IMG/VR virus record: IMGVR_UViG_3300046003_003664
Reading direction: 5' to 3' (one strand)
Origin: an uncultured virus (IMG/VR IMGVR_UViG_3300046003_003664)
Lineage: Duplodnaviria > Heunggongvirae > Uroviricota > Caudoviricetes
Length of the DNA: 64,000 nt
Every line of letters starts with the position of its first letter. Position 1 is the first letter of the stretch. The notes below the pieces were generated by a model. The model ran no database searches. It saw only the letters and a program-made list of their open reading frames with translations, and had not been told where the DNA came from. Shown here one piece after another: positions 1 to 7,800 of this stretch. The translations under genes were made by a program, and so were the position numbers.

Positions 1-34
1 GAAATCGTGTTTCCTTTTCATTCCGTATATTATT

Positions 35-63
35 AGTATAAACTGATTCTATACGAATGTCAA
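35..63 (-). promoter_or_regulatory. sigma70-type early promoter (class A, GANTC in spacer)
   Basis: TTGACA-17bp-TATACT on the minus strand with GAATCAG in the spacer. Confidence 0.8.
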
Positions 64-174
64 CAGAAAATGTTTGTCTGTCACTCTCCAGACTGCCACC
101 CATAAAATAATATTGCATCACAGTTTCAGGGTCACGATGCAAGGGTATCGTCTCTCTTTAAGAGACTCTAATAT

Positions 175-289
175 CAGGATCATTTATTTGCCGGTTGCCT
201 TTACCATTTGGCCACAAAGATCTTGTGTGATCTAAGGTAGGACTTGAACCTACAATCTACTGGTTGTTAAAATTGCTGTATTGATCCTT
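175..289 (-). ncRNA. Permuted tRNA-like (YrlA/Y-RNA-like) RNA, copy A
   Basis: GGATCA-ATACAGCAA...TGATCC closing stem; T-arm GTAGGTTCAAGTCCTAC precedes D-arm GGCCAAATGGTAAAGGC. Confidence 0.65.
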
Positions 290-294
290 AAACT

Positions 295-369
295 TGGAGC
301 GGACGATGAGATTCGAACTCACGACCTGATGCTTGGCAAGCATCTGCTCTACCACTGAGCTACGTCCGC
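295..369 (-). tRNA. tRNA-Gly(GCC)
   Basis: Cloverleaf GCGGACG...CGTCCGCTCCA; anticodon loop TTGCCAA. Confidence 0.95.
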
Positions 370-468
370 AATATAAAATACAATGGAATAATGAGTGAGG
401 TAGCGAACCATCATCTTGTTAATTTCCGTATCTAGACTTCTAAAACTCAGATACAACCATTGTAATCT

Positions 469-545
<77 letters not shown>

Positions 546-558
546 ATAAACTTTATAA

Positions 559-710
559 TTGAAAGAACGCTATAGGGTAATTAATCCTATTCGAGGACGC
601 TGTTTGCAACCAACGTTTGATCCTAACTTTTGTGTTACAGATTCGAACTGTCCCTGCCAGCAAAGGCCGTGCATCCATTTACACCTTACGCTACTTGTCT
701 GTTCCTTCAA
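559..710 (-). ncRNA. Structured ncRNA family 2 (tRNA-elbow-containing), copy 1
   Basis: TTGAAGGAAC/GTTCTTTCAA closing stem, D-arm-like and T-arm (GTTCGAATC) elements; paralog at 6261-6437. Confidence 0.55.
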
Positions 711-741
711 TAATAAAGTCTGTAATTTATTATGTTTATTT

Positions 742-764
742 TTCTAAATTGTCAAAGAGCGGTT
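742..764 (-). promoter_or_regulatory. rrn-type boxA antitermination element
   Basis: CCGCTCTTTGACAATTTAGAA just downstream of promoter 774-802; repeated at 4312, 6814, 7504 and 28275. Confidence 0.6.
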
Positions 765-798
765 ATTAAGTTTACCATATACTGATTCTGTGTGTTTG

Positions 799-1104
799 TC
801 AACCGAAAAGTTGTTCGGTAATCACGTTAATTTCCTTCGAAGATTGCTTACGAGCTTTACCTTCAAGAGAAGCATCATAGTCTTTGTAAGCAACTTCAAC
901 CTTATAACCAAGTTCATCACCTGATTGTTCACCGATAAACATCATTTCATAAAGACATTTGACGGTGACTTTCAGACTTTCTTTAGAACCATCATGAGAC
1001 ATTTCCATGATATTGGCGACCGATCTACGACCGTCTTCATCAGACTCAATCCAAAGTACACGGATTGCAGTATCGGAAGCTTTTTCGAAGATGTATTGGT
1101 TCAT
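799..1104 (-). CDS. hypothetical protein
   Basis: ORF with AAGGA RBS and its own promoter at 1130-1158. Confidence 0.65.
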   Translation of the reverse strand: MNQYIFEKASDTAIRVLWIESDEDGRRSVANIMEMSHDGSKESLKVTVKCLYEMMFIGEQSGDELGYKVEVAYKDYDASLEGKARKQSSKEINVITEQLFG

Positions 1105-1169
1105 GTTCGGTTCCTTTCCTTATATAATCAATATATACTGATTCTGTAAGGATGTCAACCATTATTTTT

Positions 1170-1390
1170 CTGGATCAACTTTTTGCGTAACCTGCTCTAC
1201 TACCTGAGCTACTCTCCCATCAAAGATACTGCACGCTAGTTTATACCCAATTGTCTCGCCATATAAGCCTATTAATATCTTATACAAGAAAGGTTGTCAT
1301 AAACTAACAGTATCCGTGGTGGGAGAGGAAGGATTTGAACCTCCGACACGGCCCATTTCAAGGATGCTAATTTGTTGCTGTAATGATCCA
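1170..1390 (-). ncRNA. Permuted tRNA-like (Y-RNA-like) RNA, copy B, with internal CCA
   Basis: GGATCA-TTACAGCAA stem, T-arm, CTCTCCC-A-CCA, about 98 nt insert, GGGAGAG, D-arm, AAAAAGTTGATCC. Confidence 0.7.
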
Positions 1391-1498
1391 TTTTGTATTT
1401 GTCAAGCCAGAGCGTCACCAGTGTCGTGGATAGAATGTCTATAGTCACCTATATAAACTCAATCCATGATACCTGGCTATCATCTGGCTGTCAGGAAT

Positions 1499-1571
1499 TG
1501 GAGCGGGTAGCCGGAATCGAACCGGTCTCCTGCAGATTGGAAATCTGATTGGTTGCCATAACCTTACCCGC
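1499..1571 (-). tRNA. tRNA-Gly(UCC)
   Basis: GCGGGTA acceptor, loop TTTCCAA, short D-arm. Confidence 0.85.
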
Positions 1572-1577
1572 ATTGAT

Positions 1578-1652
1578 TGGTCAGTGTGACAAGGATTGAA
1601 CTTGCGACTTCTAGTTTCCAAAACTAGCACTCTACCACTGAGCTACACACTG
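1578..1652 (-). tRNA. tRNA-Pro(UGG)
   Basis: Cloverleaf, loop TTTGGAA, C1:G72. Confidence 0.9.
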
Positions 1653-1761
1653 ATATTCGTACTCCGAGGGTCTGAATCTCGGGAGCCGAGGAAGAGAGGG
1701 ATAACCTTCAAAGCCAATACAGACAATAGGCTCGGGTCAGTGCGCTTTTCTTCCTAATAAT

Positions 1762-1845
1762 TGGTGCCCAGAGAGGGATTTGAACCCTCACGCAATTAAG
1801 CGCCACCTACTCAAGATGGTGTGTCTACCGTTTCACCACCTGGGC
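1762..1845 (-). tRNA. tRNA-Leu(GAG)
   Basis: Class II cloverleaf, loop TTGAGTA. Confidence 0.9.
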
Positions 1846-1847
1846 AT

Positions 1848-2093
1848 TTAAATTATGCGCGGCGATGGCCATAGACCACGCATACAAATAATGTAGTGCA
1901 GTCCGTCCATCGGTGCTTGTAGTTTGGGAAGAGCAAAATTGTGGCCGACGGTGCCACCATAAGTATTCCCAACTAAAGCATAAATTGCTTGTTCTTCATT
2001 TACATTTAAAAGTCTACCATCACATGGTAGATAACCTTCTGGTGCATAATTAAATGCTACAAGTTTAACAGTACCTAATAGTTCTTCGTCCAT
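1848..2093 (-). CDS. phage tail collar domain protein
   Basis: LGTVKLVAFNYAPEGYLPCDGRLL...YGG...FALP tail-collar signature. Confidence 0.8.
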   Translation of the reverse strand: MDEELLGTVKLVAFNYAPEGYLPCDGRLLNVNEEQAIYALVGNTYGGTVGHNFALPKLQAPMDGLHYIICMRGLWPSPRII

Positions 2094-2119
2094 ATTTTTT
2101 CCTTCATATCAAAGTATAA

Positions 2120-2194
2120 TGGTAGTCCGTAAAGGGATCAAACCTTTGACCTTCTCCGTGTAAAGGAGTTGCTCTATCGCTGAGCTAACGGACC
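2120..2194 (-). tRNA. tRNA-Val(UAC)
   Basis: Cloverleaf, loop TTTACAC. Confidence 0.9.
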
Positions 2195-2201
2195 GTTATT
2201 T

Positions 2202-2285
2202 TGGTGCGCCTGGAGGGACTTGAACCCCCACGCCCGAAGGCACTGCATTCTAAGTGCAGCGTGGCTGCCATTACACCACAAGCGC
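2202..2285 (-). tRNA. tRNA-Leu(UAG)
   Basis: Class II cloverleaf, loop CTTAGAA. Confidence 0.92.
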
Positions 2286-2293
2286 ATAAACTT

Positions 2294-2369
2294 TGGCTGC
2301 CCCTCGTGGACTCGAACCACGGTTTCCTGATTCAGAGTCAGGCGTCCTACCGGCATAGACGAAGGGGCA
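2294..2369 (-). tRNA. tRNA-Gln(CUG)
   Basis: U1:A72, loop CTCTGAA. Confidence 0.93.
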
Positions 2370-2508
2370 AAAATTTCAGCCGGAAATTCTTTAGTCAGGC
2401 GCCGGATCGCCTCGTTAATGGTGTCAATCAAGGAATTGAACCTTGTCATAGCGTGACATGACGCCTGTGATATCTGTGCTGTTAGCAAACCTGCATTGAC
2501 ATGTTTAT

Positions 2509-2584
2509 TGGTGGACCATGACGGTAACGATCCGTCTCTTCCGCATTGCAAGTGCGGTGTGCTACCCTCTATCACTAATGGCCC
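2509..2584 (-). tRNA. tRNA-Ala(UGC)
   Basis: G3:U70, loop CTTGCAA. Confidence 0.9.
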
Positions 2585-2942
2585 ATAAATTCTGCTGGTT
2601 CTCACGTTGTCGAACCGAATGCTGTCTAGAATTTCGACCCGTGCTGGATTTACAGCATCTAAGGTATCTAGATCAAACTCAAATTGGACAAGGAGCGGGA
2701 AGTTGAACCCACCAGCACGAACCGATATTACCAGTATCATTATCATGCATGCCTGACGCCACCTTTCTTGCAAACTCTGGTAAAGTCTGCGGTACTTGGA
2801 TCATCACCCCGTTGGTGCCTACGTTTGCCTCGACCAAATGGGAAGCGAGCATAGGACTTAGTTGATATAGACTGGGCTGGTTTGCCGACTTGACCTATCT
2901 CTAGGGTCACACTCATAAGGGGTGACTATATCCAGTCTATTT

Positions 2943-3018
2943 TGGTGGATCTTATCAGTCTCGAACTGATTACCACGGACTTCCGCCCAGTGCTTTACCC
3001 ATCTTAAGCTAAAGACCC
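2943..3018 (-). ncRNA. Anticodon-less tRNA-Ala-like RNA
   Basis: Acceptor GGGTCTT/AAGATCC-A-CCA (G3:U70), D and T arms intact, anticodon arm capped by a GGAA tetraloop. Confidence 0.7.
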
Positions 3019-3024
3019 AATGTT

Positions 3025-3101
3025 TGGTTGCGGGAGAAGGATTTGAACCTTCGACCTCTTGGTTATGAGCCAAGCGAGCTACCGGACTGCTCTATCCCGC
3101 A
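3025..3101 (-). tRNA. tRNA-Met(CAU), initiator-like
   Basis: TGCGGG...GAGCAGTCCGGTAGCTC body resembles fMet tRNA; loop CTCATAA. Confidence 0.88.
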
Positions 3102-3246
3102 AAAATCTATTTGTTACCTAGTCCTTTCGATTGACAGCCGCTAAACCAATCAATCTGGGTTCTGTCCGATTTTGACTCAAGTTGAAAGTTGCCATGGCAA
3201 CCGCTCTCTATTGTCCCAGTAACACGTCCACCCAAAGTCCATTGAT

Positions 3247-3320
3247 TGGCGCACCTGACGGGACTCGAACCCGCCTTCACGGTTAGACAGACCGCGGCCT
3301 TCCCTGACGGCAACAGGTGC
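3247..3320 (-). tRNA. tRNA-Asp(GUC)
   Basis: Loop CTGTCTA, G73. Confidence 0.88.
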
Positions 3321-3329
3321 ATTGTATTT

Positions 3330-3404
3330 TGGCTCCTCAGACAGGATTCGAACCTATATTGAACAGATTAACAATCTGGAGCCTTACCTATCGGCCACTG
3401 AGGA
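3330..3404 (-). tRNA. tRNA-Asn(GUU)
   Basis: TCCTCAG/CTGAGGA-G-CCA, loop TTGTTAA. Confidence 0.85.
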
Positions 3405-3903
3405 ACAATTCTTTTATATTTTCTTTATAAACCCATTCACCTTTTGCAATGTTAATTTTATAATGAGTTAGATAATATCTTTCTTCTTCTCTTGCATTTT
3501 CAACAACACGGTAATGTTCAACTTTATATCTTTTCATCGGATCATATGTTTGATAAGATCTTAAACGATTTACGAGATTTTTGGTCATACCAATTTTAAT
3601 AAAACCATCAAAAGCAGGATTACTAATTAAATAAACAATTCCACTTTTTGTTTTTGTCTTTGATTTATTAGTTTTTACTTCTTCTATTTCTTCTCTTTGT
3701 AAATTTAATTTCAACAAAGATAAACCAGCTAATTTTAAAGCATAATTTTTATTAGAATTTGTTTTTGTATCACCATTGCCAGAATATTTTGAATATAAAG
3801 ATACATAGTCTTCTTTCATACTATGGGTAATATCAAATATACCATTCGGTGGCAATGCATCTGTTTCAATCATCTCATAAAAAATAAAACTATCAAACTT
3901 CAC
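3388..3903 (-). CDS. GIY-YIG (T5orf172-like) putative homing endonuclease
   Basis: GIVYLI...FIKIGMT...RLRSYQT...GEW motif; AT-rich insert within the tRNA cluster. Confidence 0.75.
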   Translation of the reverse strand: MKFDSFIFYEMIETDALPPNGIFDITHSMKEDYVSLYSKYSGNGDTKTNSNKNYALKLAGLSLLKLNLQREEIEEVKTNKSKTKTKSGIVYLISNPAFDGFIKIGMTKNLVNRLRSYQTYDPMKRYKVEHYRVVENAREEERYYLTHYKINIAKGEWVYKENIKELFLSGR

Positions 3904-3920
3904 AATATACTTTCTATATT

Positions 3921-3995
3921 TGGCAGGGGCCGCGAGAGTCGAACTCGCTTCTCAAGGTTTTGGAGGCCCGCGGATTACCGGTTTCCCTGACCCCT
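3921..3995 (-). tRNA. tRNA-Trp(CCA)
   Basis: AGGGGTC acceptor, loop CTCCAAA; imperfect anticodon stem. Confidence 0.8.
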
Positions 3996-4006
3996 GCATT
4001 TAATTT

Positions 4007-4082
4007 TGGCTCCCAGTGACGGGCTCGAACCGCCGACCCAAGGATTAACAATCCTTTGCTCTACCAACTGAGCTAACTGGGA
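4007..4082 (-). tRNA. tRNA-Asn(GUU)
   Basis: Canonical cloverleaf, loop TTGTTAA. Confidence 0.95.
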
Positions 4083-4088
4083 ACATTA

Positions 4089-4213
4089 TCTCTGTTTTCA
4101 GCTAAGGGTCACCAAGGAATTGAACCTTGCGTTCACTTTGTCGGAAGCTGCCGAAATCGCCGACACGATTAGGGCACTCACGGACCATCATGACCCTCAT
4201 GTGAAAACAGAGA
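4089..4213 (-). ncRNA. Structured ncRNA family 3, copy 1
   Basis: TCTGTTTTCA-CA...GC-TGAAAACAGA closing stem and T-arm CAAGGTTCAATTCCTTG; paralog at 7283-7385. Confidence 0.55.
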
Positions 4214-4734
4214 GTATTCAATCTGGTCTTATCGGTTTGTCCGAGCCAGATAATCTCTGTTTTGTTTTTGTAAATCACGGTTTACAGTTTCATCAACTAA
4301 CGTGATCAGATTTCTAAATTGTCAAAGAGCAAGATTAACATTCATCAACAAGACACTCATCACCCAGATTAGCATAGTCAAAGTCTGGGATATATTCCAC
4401 TTCGATCCAACCTTTTTGGCGAAGCGAGAGCGCCTCATACCAATAGCAAGTAACTTTTTCCTTAGTAATTACATTTTGCATTACGTAGGTTTCCATATTA
4501 TTTCCTTTGGTTGGTTATAAGTTTAGTATAAACTGATTCTTACAGATTGTCAACCAATTTTCCGCGGATATTTTCAAGACCTTTATCTTTGATAACGGTC
4601 AACAGTTCCATGCAAGCATTGGATTTTTCAATCTCACCTGCAAGGAGAAAATCAGCAGCATTACGAGCAAGACGTTCAATCAGTTTGGTCATTGTCATGT
4701 TTCGGTTTCCTTTGTGTTACCTTATATATTTAAA

Positions 4735-4971
4735 CTATACCGATTCCATACGATTGTCAACCACTTTGTTGCGTCTTTGCTTCTTTTGTTTTTCAAGAAG
4801 TTTCTTGGCACGGATACGAGCCAAAGCATCTTCTTCGTCTTTTTGGAGATGCGCTGTTTTTGCAAACCTTGATACTTGACGGCGAAGTCGAGCAGCAATA
4901 GATCGTTTCCAGCGGGTTGCACGTGAAGGTTTTTCGAGTTTGATGTCGACATCTTCTTCTACAGTATCCAT
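4735..4971 (-). CDS. small basic hypothetical protein
   Basis: GGAG RBS upstream; 78 aa ORF. Confidence 0.5.
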   Translation of the reverse strand: MDTVEEDVDIKLEKPSRATRWKRSIAARLRRQVSRFAKTAHLQKDEEDALARIRAKKLLEKQKKQRRNKVVDNRMESV

Positions 4972-4997
4972 GGTATATTCTCCATTTTAAATTATGA

Positions 4998-5088
4998 TGG
5001 CAGATGGTGGAGGTATCGAACCCCTGACGGGTATCAGCCGTCACGCTAGTTTTCAAGACTAGTCGAAGCACCTGCTTCCGCACCATCC
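4998..5088 (-). tRNA. tRNA-Ser(UGA)
   Basis: Long variable arm, G73, loop CTTGAAA. Confidence 0.9.
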
Positions 5089-5094
5089 ATAATT

Positions 5095-5179
5095 TGGTAC
5101 CCCCTGCCGGACTCGAACCGGCACGCCATAACAGCTAGAGATTTTAAGTCTCTTGTGTCTACCATTCCACCAAGGAGGC
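5095..5179 (-). tRNA. tRNA-Leu(UAA)
   Basis: Class II cloverleaf, loop CTTAAAA. Confidence 0.93.
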
Positions 5180-5189
5180 ATTATTTAAT

Positions 5190-5317
5190 CAGGATCAACT
5201 TTTTGCTACGCGTTTTACTACTAAACTAACCCCTGTCAGTGTATGGTCAGGGGTGTAGGAATTGCACCTACGACTCGATCTCCGAATGATATGCATATTT
5301 GTTGCTGAAATGATCCT
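5190..5317 (-). ncRNA. Permuted tRNA-like (Y-RNA-like) RNA, copy C
   Basis: GGATCA-TTTCAGCAA stem; T-arm, ACCCCTG-A-CCA, short loop, CAGGGGT, D-arm, AAAAAGTTGATCC. Confidence 0.7.
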
Positions 5318-5323
5318 TTAATT

Positions 5324-5953
5324 TTATTTTTGTATTAGATAGTGTGTGTCATATGTAAATGCTACAACTTCATTATTTTTGGTATCTAGAATTGAAAACC
5401 CCAAATCCTTGAAGTATTTAAATAATTTGTCACGTTTAACTTGGTCACTTTTTATGTCAGATACTTGATGTGTTTCTAAGACAATTGTAGGATAATCTCT
5501 AGTAAGAATTTCTTGTCCATGGTAAAATATTTCATATTCACCACCTTCAATATCACATTTAATAAAATCAACTTTGATATCTTTACAAAATGTATCAAGT
5601 GTTATTGATTGTACTTGTATAGTATTGTTTACTGAATGTCCCCATTTCTTGAGTTTTGCCAAACCTTCCATAATAGTGTGACCACCATCATTTGCAGAAC
5701 AAACAAAAAGATCAATAACACCATCTGATGTTCCAATTACTTTTTGTTCTATTTGAACATTTTGTTCAGTAACTTTAGCTTTAATCTTTGTTACATTGTC
5801 TGGGTGTGGTTCAAATGAATAAACTTTCCCAAATTTTGATGCAAGTAATTTTGAGTAAATTCCATGATTTGCTCCTATATCTAGTGCAATTCCATTTTCA
5901 TTTACTTCTAAATTTGCTATTACGGTTGCAACCCAATCTTCATTTCTAGACAT
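5324..5953 (-). CDS. FkbM family methyltransferase
   Basis: LDIGANHG, FEP, IKCDIEGGE motifs. Confidence 0.85.
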   Translation of the reverse strand: MSRNEDWVATVIANLEVNENGIALDIGANHGIYSKLLASKFGKVYSFEPHPDNVTKIKAKVTEQNVQIEQKVIGTSDGVIDLFVCSANDGGHTIMEGLAKLKKWGHSVNNTIQVQSITLDTFCKDIKVDFIKCDIEGGEYEIFYHGQEILTRDYPTIVLETHQVSDIKSDQVKRDKLFKYFKDLGFSILDTKNNEVVAFTYDTHYLIQK

Positions 5954-6103
5954 AAATTGCCCTCTTAAAATACTATAATTAACACCATCTTACTTCTCTG
6001 ACCTTGGCTCGGGCTGCCTTGGATCAGTTCATCGCAGTATTCCGCTAAGAACCTATCAACCTCATCCCTCTTTTACTCTTGGTGATAGGCGATGGTGTGT
6101 ATT

Positions 6104-6178
6104 TGGAGCGGGTAGCCGGCATCGAACCGGTCCTCTCTAGCTTGGAAGGCTAGGGCACATCCTCTATACCATACCCGC
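6104..6178 (-). tRNA. tRNA-Gly(UCC)
   Basis: Loop CTTCCAA, U73. Confidence 0.93.
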
Positions 6179-6186
6179 AATGTTTT

Positions 6187-6252
6187 TGGCTCTGCTCAGG
6201 CTATGTTGAGCGACTTAGTTGCTTCTTCGATCAGGCCGAAGCAATACCGATA
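6187..6252 (-). ncRNA. Structured ncRNA family 4, copy 1
   Basis: TATCGGTA-hairpin-CTAAGTC-hairpin-AGAGCCA; paralog at 6530-6594. Confidence 0.5.
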
Positions 6253-6260
6253 AGTTTATT

Positions 6261-6437
6261 AGACCTCATAATTGAAGAAATATTGTTGGTTAGCTACTCC
6301 AAACTAGGGAACTGTTTCGAACCAGTGATCCCAGCTTTTCATGGTAAGGATTCGAACCTTGTCTCCCGCTTCACGCGGGCGTGCTATCCGGGTTGCACCA
6401 TTCCACTACTTTACCTATTTCCTCAATGATGAGGTCT
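6261..6437 (-). ncRNA. Structured ncRNA family 2, copy 2
   Basis: AGACCTCAT/ATGAGGTCT outer stem; D-arm, short stem and T-arm GGTTCGAATCC; similar to 559-710. Confidence 0.6.
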
Positions 6438-6444
6438 AAAAATT

Positions 6445-6521
6445 TGGTGGTCCCTGTAGGATTCGAACCTACGACATTCCGCTTAGAAGGCGGATGCTCT
6501 ATCCAACTGAGCTAAGGAACC
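6445..6521 (-). tRNA. tRNA-Arg(UCU)
   Basis: Loop CTTCTAA, A20 in the D-loop. Confidence 0.95.
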
Positions 6522-6529
6522 AATGTGTT

Positions 6530-6594
6530 TGGCTCTACCCATCCGCTCTTGGGCGATTTAACTGGTGGTGATTTGATTAACACCAGTACCGATA
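6530..6594 (-). ncRNA. Structured ncRNA family 4, copy 2
   Basis: Same linkers as 6187-6252 with covarying stems. Confidence 0.5.
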
Positions 6595-6598
6595 TGTT

Positions 6599-6675
6599 TG
6601 GTAGGGGATGACGGACTCGAACCGCCAACCGTCTTCTTATGAGGAAGCTGAACTAACCAATTGTTCTAATCCCCC
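6599..6675 (-). tRNA. tRNA-CAU, probably Ile2 (lysidine)
   Basis: Loop CTCATAA; GGG-start acceptor; phage encodes TilS and the cluster leader has an ATA codon (Ile2 identity is inferred). Confidence 0.8.
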
Positions 6676-6679
6676 AAAC

Positions 6680-6797
6680 TCTGTTTTGAGCGATATACAT
6701 TGCCACGATGTTCTCTGCTGTGTTTCAAGCAACACTGTCATGTCTACCCGCTTACATCTTTCGACTGGTGCACGCCATGTATATCTGTCAAAACAGA
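6680..6797 (-). ncRNA. Structured RNA with family-3-type closing stem
   Basis: TCTGTTTTGA-CA-GATATACAT...ATGTATATC-GC-TCAAAACAGA. Confidence 0.45.
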
Positions 6798-7104
6798 ATT
6801 TAATCTGTTTTAGTTCTAAATTGTCAAAGAGCGGTTTGTCATTCAGGGTTTACAGTTTCATCAACTAACCTGATTTATAAGTTTATATTATACTGATTCT
6901 GTGGTTTTGTCAACCGTTTTATGCAAAACCACCAGATTTCAAGCGAGAATAAACAGTCCCATCTTCAACACGAATGAAGAAACCATCATCTTCAATGATC
7001 TTCTGACCTTTGTAGAAGCTGCCGACGAGATTTTGTTTCATTTGGTTTCCTTTACCTTATATAATCAATATATACTGATTCTATAGTAATGTCAACCATT
7101 ATTT

Positions 7105-7194
7105 TGGCGGAGTCGGGGGAGCACGATTCCCATGGTATTTCTACCACGTTCTGCTTTCCAAGCAGACCTGCCAACCTTGACAGCTCTCAACTCC
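7105..7194 (-). tRNA. tRNA-Ser(GGA)
   Basis: Long variable arm, loop TTGGAAA, G73. Confidence 0.85.
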
Positions 7195-7201
7195 ATAATT
7201 T

Positions 7202-7277
<76 letters not shown>

Positions 7278-7282
7278 ATTAT

Positions 7283-7385
7283 TTCTGTTTTCAGCTGCTC
7301 TTTTTGGATTCGAACCAGTCCAACCAACTAAATGGGCGAGGTTAACCGTACTACATTACGGACTAAAGAGCATGTGAAAACAGAA
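7283..7385 (-). ncRNA. Structured ncRNA family 3, copy 2
   Basis: TCTGTTTTCACATG...GTCCGT...GGTTCGAATCC...AGCTGAAAACAGA. Confidence 0.55.
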
Positions 7386-7537
7386 TTTTCAGTATTCCGA
7401 AGAATACCTCTAACAAAGGAACATTCAGACACATTCGTCAGTTTGTTCTTCTGTTTTTCAGATCTATTATCGAGTTTCCTCTAAGACCACAAGGAGTAAT
7501 TAGTTTCAAAGAGCGGTTTGATTTCCTTTATAAGTCA

Positions 7538-7566
7538 GTTATAAACCGATTCTCTTATATTGTCAA
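7538..7566 (-). promoter_or_regulatory. sigma70-type promoter heading tRNA cluster 1
   Basis: TTGACA-17-TATAAC with GAATCGG in the spacer. Confidence 0.75.
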
Positions 7567-7573
7567 CCAAAAT

Positions 7574-7607
7574 AAAAAGGCCCAGGGTTTTATTCCTGGG
7601 CCTTTTT
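7574..7607 (-). terminator. Intrinsic terminator / attenuator of tRNA cluster 1
   Basis: AAAAAGGCCCAGG-AATAAAAC-CCTGGGCCTTTTT hairpin with U-tract. Confidence 0.85.
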
Positions 7608-7635
7608 GAGATAGAATTTTTATCGAATTTCTATG

Positions 7636-7734
7636 TCAAAACAGCCCACTTCCTCTGCCTATGAGCACTTGGCGACCAGGATTATTATCCTGTGTCCATT
7701 GCGCTGATAATGAGGAGACGTGTAGGGAAGTCAT
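7636..7734 (-). CDS. Putative attenuator leader peptide 1 (MTSLHVSSLSAQWTQDNNPGRQVLIGRGSGLF)
   Basis: 32-codon ORF after a TATAAATA late promoter; last codons complementary to the terminator 5' arm; codons match cluster-1 tRNAs. Confidence 0.7.
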   Translation of the reverse strand: MTSLHVSSLSAQWTQDNNPGRQVLIGRGSGLF

Positions 7735-7763
7735 GATACTCTCGGTTGGTTAAATTGTAATTT

Positions 7764-7771
7764 TATTTATA
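7764..7771 (-). promoter_or_regulatory. T4 late promoter TATAAATA
   Basis: Exact gp55 consensus upstream of leader 1. Confidence 0.65.
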
Positions 7772-7800
7772 ACACGCTTTCGTTGACTTCGTAAAAAAGA

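Noticed and set aside
1170..3018. Permuted RNA copy B or the Ala mimic as a (two-piece) tmRNA
   Set aside because: Copy B lacks G3:U70, has a full D-arm and shows no tag ORF; the Ala mimic has no mRNA-like domain.
2202..5179. Anticodons UAG, UGA and UAA as suppressor/Sec tRNAs or evidence of recoding
   Set aside because: Read 5'-3' these decode CUA, UCA and UUA; core genes translate intact with the standard code.
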